Part shown: piece after piece, positions 18,168 through 29,324 of the stretch
How the letters are laid out: each line of letters begins with the position of its first letter
Position numbering within the stretch: the stretch's first letter is position 1
DNA from: Candidatus Eiseniibacteriota bacterium
Lineage (GTDB): Bacteria; Eisenbacteria; RBG-16-71-46
Direction: 5' to 3'
DNA length: 64,000 bases
NCBI GenBank assembly: GCA_963707915.1
Contig: OY970178.1
Location: 2,432,001 to 2,496,000, forward strand
Notes under the pieces: generated by a model
Told to the model about the DNA's origin: nothing
Seen by the model: only the letters and a program-made list of their open reading frames with translations
The model's database searches: none
Translations under genes and position numbers: made by a program

Positions 18168-20921
18168 ATGAAGAAGTGGGCTGCTCCGTTCCTCGCGGCG
18201 GTACTCGTCCTCGCGGCGCTCCTGCCCTCGCCCGCGCAGTCGGCGATCATCATCTCCGAGCTGTGCGATCCGCTGAACAACTACCCCACCGACCGCTTCA
18301 TCGAGATCGCCAACGCCGGCACGGACACCGTGGACCTGGCGGGCTGGACGCTGGTCGCGCTGATGAACACCACCGGCACGCCCGGCTCGTTCACCTGGCC
18401 GCTCTCGGGCTCGATCGCCCCCGGCCAGGCCCTGGTCGCGAGCAGCACGACGCCGGTCACGGTCTTCCCGGTGACCTTCGCCGCTGCCGCGTGGTCGTCC
18501 AGCAATGCCCAGTGGAACGGCGCGATCGGCGACGGGGCGAAACTGGTGAACGCGAGCGCCGTGACGGTGGACTACGTCACCGTGCCCGGGACCGTCTTCT
18601 CGAACGCCACCATGGTCCGCAAGCCCAGCATCTACGCGGGCAACTCCGCTTACGTCGCCGCCGAGTGGACCGTGACCGCGGTCACGCTGGCCACCGATGC
18701 GAGCCCCGGCACGCACGTCCTGAACCCGCTGCCGCCGGGACCGTCCATCAAGCAGGTGGTCACCGACCCCCCGGTCCCGCTGGCCGGCGCGGGCGTGAAC
18801 GTGCAGGCCACCGTGACCGATTCCGCCGCGGCCATCACCTCGGTCGCGCTGCTGTGGGGGACCAGCCCCTCGTCGCTGTCCAACACCATCGCCATGCCGC
18901 TCCTCGCGGACAGCACCTATCGCACGACCACGCCGGTACCGGGACAGGCCGAGGGCGTGACCGTCTACTACAAGGTCCAGGCCAGTGATGCGTCGGTGAC
19001 CAAACTCTCCGAGCTGAAGAGCTACACGCTCGACTACGACCGGACCATCGCGCAGATCCAGGGCGGCGTCCCTACCTCGCCTTTCAACGGCCTCGGCGTC
19101 ATCACCCGCGGGGTCGTCACCGCGCGCTATCCCTCGTACCTGGTCGTGCAGGACGGCAGCGGGCCGTGGAGCGGCCTGTGGGTGCGCAGCAGCGCCACGC
19201 CCACGGTCGGCGACTCGGTCACCGTGCGCGGCCTGGTCACCGAGAGCGACGTCCAGGGCCTGGCCGGCACGACGCTGCTGACCAGCGGGATCGTGCTCGC
19301 CGCCTCCCCCGCGGCCACCTTCCCCGCGCCCGCCGTGGTCACCAGCGCCGTCGCGTCGTCGGAGGCCTACGAGGGCGTGCTGGTCAAGGTCGCGAGCGCG
19401 CCCTGCACGGACGTCTCGCTCGGCTCCGGGCAGTGGCTGGTGAACGACGGCAGCGGCGCCTGCCGGGTGGGCGCGCTGGGATACGCCTTCACGCCGATCC
19501 TCGGCACGGCCTACGACGTGACCGGCCCGGTCCTCTACAGCGGCGCCTTCGTGATCGAGCCGCGCGAAGCGGGCGACGTCGCCTGGGCGGCGGACCACGC
19601 CGCGCCCGTCGTGGTCGCGCTGTTCGAGGAGAGCGACTCGACCCTGCTCGTGACCTTCTCCGAGCCGCTCGAGCAGGCCAGCGCCGAGACCCCCACCCAC
19701 TACGCGGTCGGCGCTCACGTCGCGACCGCCGCGGTGCTCGACCTCGCGCACCCCGAGCAGGTCACGGTCACCGTGCCCGGGATCCCCGCCGGCTCGGTCA
19801 CCTTCTCCGCCACCGGCGTGGCCGACCTGTACGCCAACGCCACCAGCGGTGCGACCTGGGCCTTCAACTTCGTGGACACGCGCATCCCCGCGGGCTACTA
19901 CGACAGCGCGTTCGGGCTGCGCGGCACGGCGCTGCGCGCCGCGCTGCACGACATCATCAAGAACCACGCCTCGCAGAGCTACGACTACGCGCTGACCGCC
20001 TTCCAGACCACCGACGTCAAGCCCAACCGCAAGGTCTGGGACGTGTACTCGGACGTCCCGGGCGGCACGCCGCCCTACGAGTACGACTTCGGCGGGGGCA
20101 GCGGAGGCGGGACGGAGGGCGGCGGCTACAACCGGGAGCACTCCTGGCCGCAGTCCTGGTTCGGCGGCGCCCTGCCGATGTACTCCGACCTGTGGATCCT
20201 CTACCCGACCGACATCAAGGTGAACGAGTACCGCGCCAACTGGCCGTACGGCGACGTCTCGACCCCGACCATCACCTCGCTGAACGGCAGCATGCTCGGG
20301 CCATGCTCCGACGCCGGTTACTCCGGCACCGCGTTCGAGCCGATCGACGCCTTCAAGGGCGACCTGGCGCGCAGCCACTTCTACGTCGCCACGCGCTACT
20401 ACACCGAGGACGCCGGTTGGGCGACCAGCGAGGCCACCAGCGGCGCGGACCTGCTGCCGTGGGCGAACACCACGTACCTCGCCTGGCACGCGAACGACCC
20501 CGTGAGCCGCAAGGAGCAGTTGCGCAACGGCGCCATCTACGTGATCCAGAACAACCGCAACCCGTTCGTGGATCACCCGGAGTTCGCCGCGCGGCTGTTC
20601 GACTCGACTTCGACCGCGGCCGTGACCGACGTGCCGCGGCTGGCGTTCCGCCTGCACCAGAACGCGCCCAACCCGTTCCGTCCCTCGACCACCATCCGCT
20701 TCGACCTGCCCCAGCGTGCGGCGGTCAGCCTGCGCGTCTACGACGTCGCGGGCCGGCTGGTGCGTGAACTGGTGTCGGGGAACACGCTCGAGGCGGGCAC
20801 GCACTCGGTGGCCTGGAACGGGCGGGGCGAGTCCGGGCAGCGCGTCGGCGCCGGGCTCTACTTCTGCCGCCTGCAGGCCGGGGCGTTCAGCGCGACGCGG
20901 CGGATGGTGCTCGCCAACTGA
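18168..20921 (+). CDS. Secreted endonuclease I family nuclease (LTD + OB-fold + EndA/Bsn-like + FlgD-Ig C-terminal domain)
   Basis: Signal peptide, IIISE...FIEI.N LTD, TIAQIQG..GVVTA OB-fold, YNREHSWPQSWF, KGDLAR, QNNRNPFVDHPE, LHQNAPNPF.PST.I.F.L...VYDV.GRLVR...W.G....G.V.AG.YF CTD. Confidence 0.9.
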   Translation: MKKWAAPFLAAVLVLAALLPSPAQSAIIISELCDPLNNYPTDRFIEIANAGTDTVDLAGWTLVALMNTTGTPGSFTWPLSGSIAPGQALVASSTTPVTVFPVTFAAAAWSSSNAQWNGAIGDGAKLVNASAVTVDYVTVPGTVFSNATMVRKPSIYAGNSAYVAAEWTVTAVTLATDASPGTHVLNPLPPGPSIKQVVTDPPVPLAGAGVNVQATVTDSAAAITSVALLWGTSPSSLSNTIAMPLLADSTYRTTTPVPGQAEGVTVYYKVQASDASVTKLSELKSYTLDYDRTIAQIQGGVPTSPFNGLGVITRGVVTARYPSYLVVQDGSGPWSGLWVRSSATPTVGDSVTVRGLVTESDVQGLAGTTLLTSGIVLAASPAATFPAPAVVTSAVASSEAYEGVLVKVASAPCTDVSLGSGQWLVNDGSGACRVGALGYAFTPILGTAYDVTGPVLYSGAFVIEPREAGDVAWAADHAAPVVVALFEESDSTLLVTFSEPLEQASAETPTHYAVGAHVATAAVLDLAHPEQVTVTVPGIPAGSVTFSATGVADLYANATSGATWAFNFVDTRIPAGYYDSAFGLRGTALRAALHDIIKNHASQSYDYALTAFQTTDVKPNRKVWDVYSDVPGGTPPYEYDFGGGSGGGTEGGGYNREHSWPQSWFGGALPMYSDLWILYPTDIKVNEYRANWPYGDVSTPTITSLNGSMLGPCSDAGYSGTAFEPIDAFKGDLARSHFYVATRYYTEDAGWATSEATSGADLLPWANTTYLAWHANDPVSRKEQLRNGAIYVIQNNRNPFVDHPEFAARLFDSTSTAAVTDVPRLAFRLHQNAPNPFRPSTTIRFDLPQRAAVSLRVYDVAGRLVRELVSGNTLEAGTHSVAWNGRGESGQRVGAGLYFCRLQAGAFSATRRMVLAN

Positions 20922-21102
20922 CGCGAGCGGCGACCACGGTGTCTCGGGGCAGCCACTCCCGCGCGGGGGTGGCTGCCCGGTTGAATGCGGTCCGGCGCCG
21001 GAGGAGGCTGCGGGCAGGGAAGCCGCGGTCTGGCAGGCTGCGCGCTTCGCTGCCGTGCGCCAATCGAAATGCGGACGAAGTCGTGAAAGGAACGAGCCGG
21101 TA

Positions 21103-23709
21103 ATGAGAAGGTCTCGAAGACCCGCCGCCCCGGCGAGCAGCCCCACGCCCGCGGCGGCCCGCGGTCGGAGCGCATCTGCACCGGTCCCCACCACGCCGCC
21201 CGCCGTCGCGCCGCGCCGCGCCACGCTCCTCGCGGTGCTGGCGGTCGTCGCGGCGCTCGCGCTGACGCTGGCCTGGATCGGGTGGAAGGCGCTGCGCGAC
21301 CCCGACGTCTCCTTCCTGAGCGCGTCCCCGGGGGCCGAGTGGATCGTCTACCCGTCCCCGGCCAATCCGACCCTGCACCCGGCCACCGGCTGGGGCGCGG
21401 TGTTCGTGCGCTCGTTCCCGCTCGCCGACTTCCCACCGTCAGCGGAGTTGCGGATCCGGGCGTGCCGCCGGTTCCAGCTCACCGTCAACGGCCAGCCCGT
21501 GCTCCGGAGCGACGACGAGAGCTCGTGGAAGCGCGAGCGCCGCGTGGACGTCACCGGCCTGCTGCGCGCCGGAGAGAACCGGATCGAGGTCTTCGCCGCC
21601 AATCGCCTGGGCCCGCCCGCGCTCTGGCTGCGGCTGGTCCTGCCCGGCCAGACCATCGGCACCGACCCGCGCTGGGAGGCCTCGTGGGCGGGGGCGTCAT
21701 GGGTGCACGCGGCCCGGGCGGATGCCCGCGCGGGCTCCCGCTGGTTCACGCCGGACGGACCGCCCCGCTCTCCCGTGGACGCATTGCTGGCCCGCCGCGG
21801 GACCGTCGCGCTACTGGCCCTGCTCTCCGCCGCGATCGTCGCGCTCGGCGGCCTGTGGATCCGCAGGCAGCGTGAACGGACGGTCGGGGCGCTGTCCTCC
21901 CGTTGGGCTCCCTGGGTCGTGCTGGGGGTCGCGGCGGCCGCCTGGGCCGCCTTGTTCGTCAACGACGCCCGCTGGCTGAGCGTCGGGGCCGGGTTCGATG
22001 CGCAGGGGCACCTCGACTACATCCGGTACATCATCGAGCACCACTCGCTGCCGCCCGCCGACCAGGGCTGGCAGACGCACCAGCCGCCGCTCTACTACCT
22101 CATCGCGGCGCTGGTGCTCGGCGCCGCGGGGCTGACGGTCCCCGGGCCGGATGCGGCGGCCGTGCTCCGCGGGCTCGGACTGCTCTACGGCGTGGCCAAC
22201 CTCGTCCTGATCGGCGCCGCGCTGCGCCTCGTGTTCCCCGCGCACCCCCGGCGGCAGCTCCTCGGCCTGCTCGTCGCGACGTTCCTGCCGATGTCGCTCA
22301 CCCTCTACCAGCTCCCGACCAACGAGGTCCTGGCCGCCACGTTGTCGAGCGCGGTGCTGCTGGTGACGCTGCTGGCCTTGCGCAGCGACCTGCCGTCCTT
22401 CCGGCTCCACGCGCTGCTCGGGCTCTGCATGGGCCTGGCGCTCATGGCCAAGTTCTCCGCCCTCCTCGTGGTCTTCGTCGCGCTGGGCGTGCTCGCCGCG
22501 CGCCTGGTGGCTCGCCCGCGCCCGGTCGTGCTTCGCGGGCTGGTGGGACTCGGTCTCGTCGTGGGCCTCGCGATCGCGATTGCGGGGCGGCACTACGGCG
22601 CGACCTGGCTGCGTGCCATCGCGCCCCTGCTCGGGAGCTCAGACCCGAGCACGGGGCCACGGTGGTGGCAGGACCCGGGCTATCGAACGGCACACGACTT
22701 CCTGGTCTTCGGCCGGGCGTTCTCTGCTCCGTTCTACTCGGCCCTGACCGGGATCTGGGACGGGCTCTACACGACGCTCTGGGGCGACGGGTCATGCTCG
22801 GGCCAGGCTGTGTTCTGGACCGCGCCTCCCTGGTGCTCGGACCTCATGTCCGCGGGATACCTGCTGGCGACGATCCCCGCGCTGGCGATGGCGGTCGGCG
22901 CTGTCGTGTTCCTCGTCCGGTGGATCCGGCTTCCAAACCTTCGGGACACCGCCATCCTGGGCACGGCGTTCGCGGCCTTCGCGGCCGTCGTCTTCATGGC
23001 GCTCCAGGTGCCCTACTACGGGATGGTCAAGGCGTTCTACGGCGTGAGCGCGTTGCTGCCACTGTGCGTGTTCGCCGGCCTCGGCCTGGACCTCGCGATG
23101 GCGCGTGCCGGGCGGGCGGCGCCGCTGCTCATGGTCCTGCTCGGCACCTGGGCGCTGATGTCCTACGGGAGCCTTTGGCTCGGTGCCCGCTCTCCGCGGG
23201 CGCTCGCGTTCAGCGCCGAGTCCGCGTTCCTGGGAGGCGACGATCGCGCGGGGGCCCGCCTGCTGAAGCGAGCGATCGCGCAGGACCCGGCCGACTGGAA
23301 CGCCCGGAACCGACTGGCGCGATACATGGTCCGCCAGGGCGCGTCCCGGCAGGAGGTGCGGGCCTTGTTCGAGGCGGACCCCGGTCCCGGTCCCGACCTG
23401 ATGGTCCGGCACGCGGCCTTCGGCCAGATCGCCGTCGGGGACGGCGATCTCGATCGTGCGGTCGCGGAAGCCGGCAAGGCCATCGCGCTGAACCCCGACA
23501 TGCCGGAGGGCTACCTGCTGGAGGCGCAGGCCCGGGAAGCGCGCGCCGAGACGCAGAAGGCGATCGCGGCCTGGCGCGAGGTGCTGCGCATCGATCCCTT
23601 CAATTTCATGGCGCACCAGGCGCTGGGCCGGCTCCTCGCCCGCAGCGGAGCCCCCGACTCGGTGGTCCACCAGCGGTTCGCCGCGCGCCTCGGCGGAGAG
23701 TCCCGCTAG
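21103..23709 (+). CDS. GT-C membrane glycosyltransferase with N-terminal beta-sandwich domain and C-terminal TPRs
   Basis: L.IRAC..FQL.VNGQ...DVT.LL.AGEN.I.V sandwich (as in rhamnosidase N-domains); GFDAQGHLDYI..LP...GWQTHQPPLYY; GLAL.AKFS; many TM; TPRs. Confidence 0.7.
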   Translation: MRRSRRPAAPASSPTPAAARGRSASAPVPTTPPAVAPRRATLLAVLAVVAALALTLAWIGWKALRDPDVSFLSASPGAEWIVYPSPANPTLHPATGWGAVFVRSFPLADFPPSAELRIRACRRFQLTVNGQPVLRSDDESSWKRERRVDVTGLLRAGENRIEVFAANRLGPPALWLRLVLPGQTIGTDPRWEASWAGASWVHAARADARAGSRWFTPDGPPRSPVDALLARRGTVALLALLSAAIVALGGLWIRRQRERTVGALSSRWAPWVVLGVAAAAWAALFVNDARWLSVGAGFDAQGHLDYIRYIIEHHSLPPADQGWQTHQPPLYYLIAALVLGAAGLTVPGPDAAAVLRGLGLLYGVANLVLIGAALRLVFPAHPRRQLLGLLVATFLPMSLTLYQLPTNEVLAATLSSAVLLVTLLALRSDLPSFRLHALLGLCMGLALMAKFSALLVVFVALGVLAARLVARPRPVVLRGLVGLGLVVGLAIAIAGRHYGATWLRAIAPLLGSSDPSTGPRWWQDPGYRTAHDFLVFGRAFSAPFYSALTGIWDGLYTTLWGDGSCSGQAVFWTAPPWCSDLMSAGYLLATIPALAMAVGAVVFLVRWIRLPNLRDTAILGTAFAAFAAVVFMALQVPYYGMVKAFYGVSALLPLCVFAGLGLDLAMARAGRAAPLLMVLLGTWALMSYGSLWLGARSPRALAFSAESAFLGGDDRAGARLLKRAIAQDPADWNARNRLARYMVRQGASRQEVRALFEADPGPGPDLMVRHAAFGQIAVGDGDLDRAVAEAGKAIALNPDMPEGYLLEAQAREARAETQKAIAAWREVLRIDPFNFMAHQALGRLLARSGAPDSVVHQRFAARLGGESR

Positions 23710-23952
23710 GAGCCGGGCGGGATATTCGAGCAGAGGTCGATCTCTGCACGAGCGACCCAGGGCGATTCGAGAGCGTCGACCCTGCGGCGTCTGTGGCGGT
23801 CGGATCCTCTCCGCGAGCATCCCTCGGACGCGGTCCTGTCCGCCGATGATGGGCGAAGTCGCCACCCGCGTCCTCGGTCTGGACCGTTGCAGGCGGGCGC
23901 CGTCGAGGACATCGATGTTGGCCCGAGGGGCACCCGCGTCCCGGGTTCGAGG

Positions 23953-23981
23953 TGTAGCCAGTGTGCCCGGTCTGAACCACC
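23953..23981 (+). repeat. Stand-alone copy of the outer IS481 left-end repeat
   Basis: 23958-23981 identical to 25333-25356 (CCAGTGTGCCCGGTCTGAACCACC); 27/29 identity over the extended match. Confidence 0.85.
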
Positions 23982-25354
23982 TGAAGCAACCGGGGACATG
24001 GGTGACAGGACAGACCGGGCACATGGGTAACACATTCTAGCTTCCATAACGGCGGCGACGACGTCTGCTCAAGGCAGGATCAACGATGGGTTCGAGCCGC
24101 CCAAAGTGGCGGGGTCCGCGGTCGGTGGCCTGCTTGAGATCTAGCAGTCCGATCGGCACCCAGCCGAAGTGGACACGCCACCGGCCATCGTCGCAGGGCT
24201 CGAGTCCGACCCGTTCGCCGACGAGGCAGTTGCTCACGTACCACTGCGTGGTGCCGAAGGTGATCACGCCGTTGGGATAGGCCACCCGGGTCTCGAAGTG
24301 TCGCGGGTACTCTGGTTCGGGGAGCTCGCGCGGGTACGAGCGAAGCGATGGGCGGTAAAGCGCGGCCGGCACCTCCTGGCCGAGCGCCTCGTGCGGCCGC
24401 TCCTGGTTGTACTCCGTCTGGAAGCGATCGAACGCGCGTTGCTGGGCGCTGAAGCTCGAGCGCGGCGGTCTGGCGGTCTCGGCTTTCAAGGTGCGATGCA
24501 TGCGCTCGTGGCGCCCGTTCTGTTCGGGACGACCTGGCATGATGCGTTCGGGACGGATCCCGAGTCGGATCCACCAGACCGAGAGACGCGACAGTCCGCC
24601 CGGGGCGAGCGTCGAGAACGGCGGCCCGTTATCGGTGCGGATCGCCCTCGGCAAGCCGTATTCGGTGAAAGCGGACTCGAAGACGCGCCGGACATGCTGA
24701 GTGAGCGGACGACGCAGGGCGCGGCAGCGAAGGAGCAGGCGACTGTATCCATCGCTGATGGTCAGCGGATGACAGCGTTCACCCCGGCGACCCAGCGGGA
24801 AGTGGCCCTTGAAGTCGGCACACCAGACGGCGTTGGGTGCGTCGTACTGCCGCAGCCGGTCCCCGTACGGTGAGCTGCGCCGGACTCGCCGGCGCGGGCG
24901 AACCAGTCCGCTGCGCCTCAGGATGTCGCCGATCGTGCTGGCCGCCGGGAGCGCGACCGGCGGCCGTTCCCGCTTCAGCACCACCCGCACCTTGCGTGGT
25001 CCCCAACGCGGATGGCGACGTCGGATCGCGACGATCGCCTGCACGAGGTCGGCGGCGACGGCGTTGGGATGAGAGTGCGGCGCGCGTGAGATCTCCTCGA
25101 GGGCCGCGACCCCGTCGGCCTCATAACGACGGACCCACTTGTACCCCGTCTTCCGGCTGACCCCGAAGTCGTGGCACAAGTCGGAGAAGCTGGCCTCCGC
25201 CTGCAGGTAGGCGGCAATGAACTTCACTCGTTCAGACATCCAGTCGGTCCTCGCCCAGGGCATCGTGTGGTCCTCCTCGAACCACCCATGATGCCCGCGG
25301 GCTGTAACCCATGTCCCCGGTCTGATCTGTTACCAGTGTGCCCGGTCTGAACCA
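23982..25354 (-). mobile_element. IS481-family insertion sequence
   Basis: TG...CA ends; imperfect ~50-bp terminal inverted repeats (23982-24032, 25303-25354), each two tandem ~25-bp units with ACCGGG[G/C]ACA..GGT.ACA; CC on both flanks. Confidence 0.85.
24037..25263 (-). CDS. IS481-family DDE transposase
   Basis: MPW...R..F HTH (FGVSRKTGYKW..RY), HPRWG.RK, WCADFKG (D), IRTDNG.PF (D), QNGRHERMHRTLK (E), YN.ERPHEALG; GAGGAGG RBS. Confidence 0.95.
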   Translation of the reverse strand: MPWARTDWMSERVKFIAAYLQAEASFSDLCHDFGVSRKTGYKWVRRYEADGVAALEEISRAPHSHPNAVAADLVQAIVAIRRRHPRWGPRKVRVVLKRERPPVALPAASTIGDILRRSGLVRPRRRVRRSSPYGDRLRQYDAPNAVWCADFKGHFPLGRRGERCHPLTISDGYSRLLLRCRALRRPLTQHVRRVFESAFTEYGLPRAIRTDNGPPFSTLAPGGLSRLSVWWIRLGIRPERIMPGRPEQNGRHERMHRTLKAETARPPRSSFSAQQRAFDRFQTEYNQERPHEALGQEVPAALYRPSLRSYPRELPEPEYPRHFETRVAYPNGVITFGTTQWYVSNCLVGERVGLEPCDDGRWRVHFGWVPIGLLDLKQATDRGPRHFGRLEPIVDPALSRRRRRRYGS

Positions 25355-25588
25355 CCGATTTCACTTGACAGGTTTCGGCGCTTGCGGCGCGTCACGACCG
25401 CCGGGGCGTTCGCGCGGCTCGCGAAACGCCGCAGATCGGACGGAGAACGGAGCGCGGGCGCGGGCGCGAAACCGCTCTCCCGCGACGCCTCGTTGTGCGA
25501 CCTGCGGGGCGCTGCGAGGGCCGAAAACGGGCATGATATGAATGTGCTCGTTCGCCCCCGTGACCCGCCCCCGCGCGGAGTCACGTCG

Positions 25589-26797
25589 ATGAACCGTTAC
25601 GCGCTCTCCCACCTGTCCGACCAGGCGCTCCTGCGCGAACTGCGGACACTCGTCTCCCAGGACCGGGCGACGACGGCCCTGCTCGTCGCCCACCTCGGGG
25701 AGGTGGACGCCCGGCGGCTCTACGCCGAGGCCGGCTACCCCTCGATGTTCGCGTGGTGCGTCGAGCAGTTGGGCTTCTCGGAGGACAGTGCGTACCGCCG
25801 CATCCAGGTCGCGCGCACCGCCCGGCGCTTCCCCGCCATCCTCCCCTTGCTCGCCGACGGCCGCCTGAACCTCACCGCCGTGCTCCTCCTCGCTCCCTGC
25901 CTCACCGATGCGGGCGCCGCCGAACTGCTCGCCGCGGCCGTCGGCAGGTCCAAGGCCGAGATCGAGCAGGAGTTGGCCCGGCGCTTCCCCCGCACCGAAC
26001 TGCTCCCGCTCGTCACCGCGCAGCCCTCCGATACGCCGGAGCAGGTCGCCGATGTTCAGTGTGACGCGACTTTACTCGCTCCAGAGCGAGTAAAGTTGAG
26101 CACCACGCAACTCACGCGGGTCACGCCCCTCGCGCCGCAGCGCTTCGCCGTGCAGTTCACCATGGACCAGGAGACCCACGACGACCTGCTCTACGCCCAG
26201 GCCCTGCTGGGCCACGCCGTGCCCTCAGGCGATCCGGCCGCCGTGTTCGCCCGCGCCCTGAAGGTCCTGATTGCGCAGCTCGAGCAGCAGAAGTTCGCCA
26301 AGACCGACCGGCCCCGCCGCTGCCGCGCAAGCGACGACCCCCGCCACGTCCCTGCGGAGGTGAAGCGCGCGGTCTGGGAGCGCGATGGCGGCCGCTGCAC
26401 GTTCGTGAGCGCGGGCGGACATCGCTGCGAGGCACGCACGCGGCTGGAGTTCGACCACGTCGAGCCGGTGACATTGGGCGGCCGCGCGACGGTGCGGGGC
26501 CTGCGCCTGCGCTGCCGGGCGCACAACCAGTTCGAGGCCGAGCGCAGCTTCGGACGGGACTTCATGGAGGCGCGGCGCGGGGATGCACGGCGTAGGCCGG
26601 CGGCCAAGCGCGAGCTGGCTCCGCACCAGGCCGAGCTGGTGCCCTGGCTACGCTCGCTCGGGCTGCGGGCGGAGGAGGCGCGCGAGGTCGCGGAACGCTG
26701 CGAGGCCCCGCCCGACGCCCCGCTCGAGGAGCGCCTGCGCTGCGCGCTGAAGTGCTGCGGCGGCCCGCGCACGGCGGTCACGCGCCCGGCGGCGTGA
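25589..26797 (+). CDS. HNH endonuclease-domain protein with C-terminal RuvA-domain-III-like helix bundle
   Basis: LSD..LL..L..LV..DR..TA.L.AHLGEVD.RRLY...GY.SMF N-domain; RHVPA.VKRAVWERDGGRC..C....LEFDH..P...GG...LRC.AHN; LRSLG....EA...LEE.LR.ALK. Confidence 0.8.
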   Translation: MNRYALSHLSDQALLRELRTLVSQDRATTALLVAHLGEVDARRLYAEAGYPSMFAWCVEQLGFSEDSAYRRIQVARTARRFPAILPLLADGRLNLTAVLLLAPCLTDAGAAELLAAAVGRSKAEIEQELARRFPRTELLPLVTAQPSDTPEQVADVQCDATLLAPERVKLSTTQLTRVTPLAPQRFAVQFTMDQETHDDLLYAQALLGHAVPSGDPAAVFARALKVLIAQLEQQKFAKTDRPRRCRASDDPRHVPAEVKRAVWERDGGRCTFVSAGGHRCEARTRLEFDHVEPVTLGGRATVRGLRLRCRAHNQFEAERSFGRDFMEARRGDARRRPAAKRELAPHQAELVPWLRSLGLRAEEAREVAERCEAPPDAPLEERLRCALKCCGGPRTAVTRPAA

Positions 26798-27403
26798 GCC
26801 CGCACGCAGCCCGGCGGCACGGGAGCAGTGCTGCTCGCCCGACCCGAACCCCCGGATCGTACGCGACGCGGTTCAGTGAATCGGCCAGGCTGGCGTCCCG
26901 TTCGCGTCTTGAGCTGGAGGATGGCAGGCGAGAGGAGCGGGCACACGCCGCCGGAGCTGCGGACTCGTGGGGTGCCGGTCAACCCGGCGACCGGAGGCCC
27001 TGGACCTCTCGCCACCGAGCGCTTGGATGCGCTCGCTCCGGCACGGATGCCGCTCGCGTGCTCGGGGCGGTTTCCCGGCCGCCTCGCACACTCGCCACGC
27101 CTGCGGATGCCGCGCGCGGGTGGCCGGGGCCACGCTGCACGGCCGCAAACTGTGCACCTGCCGAGGCGGTCCGGCCCCAACCTTCCCGGCGCGAGCCCGG
27201 ACCGTGGCCGGGCCGGCCGCCGGTCACCATCGGGACCTGCCCATCCCACAACGCTTTAGACCGGCCGGACCGGCGGGGCATCACAACCATGGATCCCGGC
27301 AGACGGCTTGCATATCTCACGAGAGGGGACGGTCCTTTCCGACCAGGCCCCGGGCTTCCCTTCGGCCCGAGAGCACATCGCACCGCCCAGCGACGGAGGA
27401 GTC

Positions 27404-29239
<1,836 letters not shown>

Positions 29240-29324
29240 CGCCGGGCCGGGAACCAGGCGTCGGGCCCGGACCGCGGCCAGCGGCGCTCTAGGTGGCGGA
29301 CGGGACGACGGGTAGGATGGCGGC

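Noticed and set aside
23935..23960. GGTTCGA T-loop-like motif (also near 12027)
   Set aside because: No T-stem closure or cloverleaf; not a tRNA
23953..24033. Short ~25-bp repeats resembling a mini CRISPR array
   Set aside because: They are IS481 terminal repeat units; no spacers and no cas genes
23982..26797. IS481 plus HNH gene as one composite or IscB/TnpB-type RNA-guided element
   Set aside because: The IS ends close at 25354 before the HNH gene, and no RuvC motifs or omega-RNA are recognisable
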